Assembly: GCA_013265495.1 (NCBI GenBank)
Contig: MU057880.1
Span: 1,580,527 to 1,644,526, forward strand
Reading direction: 5' to 3'
Length of the DNA: 64,000 nucleotides
DNA from: Vicugna vicugna
Taxonomy: Eukaryota
Shown here: positions 62,206 through 64,000 of the stretch, one piece after another
How the letters are laid out: the number at the start of each line of letters is the position of its first letter
Position numbering within the stretch: the stretch's first letter is position 1
Program-made: the position numbers and the translations under genes
The notes under the pieces: model-generated
What the model was told of the DNA's origin: nothing
What the model saw: the letters and a program-made list of their open reading frames with translations, nothing else
Database searches by the model: none

Positions 62206-64000
62206 AGAGAAAAAGATCTTCAAAGTTATGGAGAAGCTGGTTCAAAAACCCTCACGTAGGAGCAACAGTATATATCAGTGTTACTGATAGATGAGTTCTG
62301 GTTTGGGAGGCAAGATTTAATAGACTAGGATAAAGGTTCTGGGGTTTTCTTTATATGTGTGAGAGGAAGACGTGAGAGAGTTTTTATTAGGGGGCTAACC
62401 TCATATTATTATTTGTATACTAAAAGAATGATCATTCAGACTACCTTGGGAGGAATAAATTTTAGGGGTCTGCAGTAAACAGGGACATAAATTAGGTGCT
62501 ATTGCAATATTCCAGAGTAAGTGTGATTGTGACAGGTCTATAGTGATGTAGGAAATGGAGAGAATTTGCTCTTTATCCCAAAACAAAAAGCTAGAGGATG
62601 GAGAAAAGTTTCCCCCTGATGCTCTCTAAAAGGATGGGCACTTTGTTTCTGTTTAATAAAATTAATAAATTATTGCTAGTCAGTTGATACACAGTGGCAG
62701 AAAATAATATGAAAAGTCCAGAAGTGGGTTTTATAGTAAATGAAAAATCCAGGACAAACTATGAACAAGATAGTGAGATAAATTTCCATTCAGGTGTTAG
62801 AAATTTTGAAGGATTTCTAAAATATGGGAAAAGTGGGATAAGATTGAAGAAGAACCCAGAGCAGAAAAATTCAGTCAAGGATGCTTGAAACATAAATCCA
62901 ATGCTGAAGTAAGAAATTTTCCACTACAGAATCTCAGGGGAATGTCAAGTACAAAGAAAAAAATTTCAGGATAAGGGCAGAGTCATTGGGGGGCAGTTCA
63001 CAGAGCAACTAATTGGAAGACTATATTCTGAATAGCTGAGTTCAAAGTAGCATTTTTTTTTAAATGGTATAAGAGGTATACCAGGGACAGTCTTCAAGGC
63101 TACAGGCCTAAGGATAACTTTATAACTAAAATGATTGCTCAGGTGGAACTCCAGCCACACAGGTGGTACACGCAGAGGATGCCACCAGAGCCTGGGGTGG
63201 TAAGAAATCTTTACAAAAGGAAAATAAGTAAATATCAGGAGTAGTTGGTTCTGTCCGTTGGCCCCAAACCAAATCTTCTGTGAGTCCAAATTTGAAGTAG
63301 GAGTTCCGCCCAGGAGACAGCCAAGGTAGGTGATGTGTCTTGGGAAATAAAGGTAAGCTTAAGATTGTATATTCACCAGGTCAGTGGTGTACACACCCAA
63401 ACAGCAAGTTCTCTGCACACCCTCCCCAGCAGAATGCTGGTCTATAATGACATCCCCCTGCAAGCACCCTCACATATTCACCCAAGATGGGTAGGGTTTA
63501 AAAAACAGGATCTTTTATGTACAAGAGAACAGGCATTCTCACTTGAATTTAACTCTTTCATCTTTTCTCAATTTTTGGTAAGCTGAGAATTACCAAAGAT
63601 TTGAAAAAAAAATCATCATGGAAAAGGAGGTACTTCCATTACAAAAGTTATGTTGGTAATATTTTTGTTATTTGTTTGCAAAAACTCTTGCTATATCAAA
63701 GGTATTAGGCAAACATTGGCCTTAAGAATGGTAAATACTTTCCTCATACACTTATATTTTGACCTTGTGATGTATACTATGTCTTTATGCTTATGTACAC
63801 ATAAGTTTCCCTTTTTCATTTGTGGTTTATGGATACAGCATCATCTTCAGAAAGACTTTTCATAAATAATACAAAATTATTGTATTTCCATATTGTGTGA
63901 CCTCTTTCATTTTAATCCATAGAGAATTAATTTTCTTTTGTTTTTTTGTGATATAGGGATCATCTTGCTATCTTGAAAAGATTAGCATATTAGTGCAATG

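Noticed and set aside
1..64000. ORF-track entries as host protein-coding genes
   Set aside because: Apart from RPL29- and L1-derived ORFs, they are short, often start at non-ATG codons, overlap repeats or low-complexity DNA, and show no recognisable domain or exon chain.

Overview
This is mammalian genomic DNA, very probably camelid: it carries tRNA-derived SINEs of the vic-1 type and camelid-style L1 3' ends. I can identify no functional protein-coding exon, RNA gene or CRISPR array, and the window reads as intergenic or deep-intronic. It is dominated by transposable elements: about eight class I ERV-type LTRs (five or six are solo LTRs with 4-bp TSDs), ERVL/MaLR remnants, many L1 fragments (one 5'-inverted, twin-primed), L2/MIR, and small DNA transposons. 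It also contains a full-length processed RPL29 pseudogene with TSDs. The most unusual structures are: (i) four near-identical head-to-tail tandem duplications within 5.6 kb (29990-35626), partly nested and centred on one LTR; (ii) an orphan CpG island that appears partly built from a GC-shifted MIR and abuts a quasi-palindromic AT-rich tract; (iii) an RPL29 retrocopy whose frameshifted ORF stays open for 160 codons. I found no convincing new biological system. Repeat family names are from memory of consensus sequences and need RepeatMasker/Dfam confirmation. There is a 46-N assembly gap at 62160-62205.
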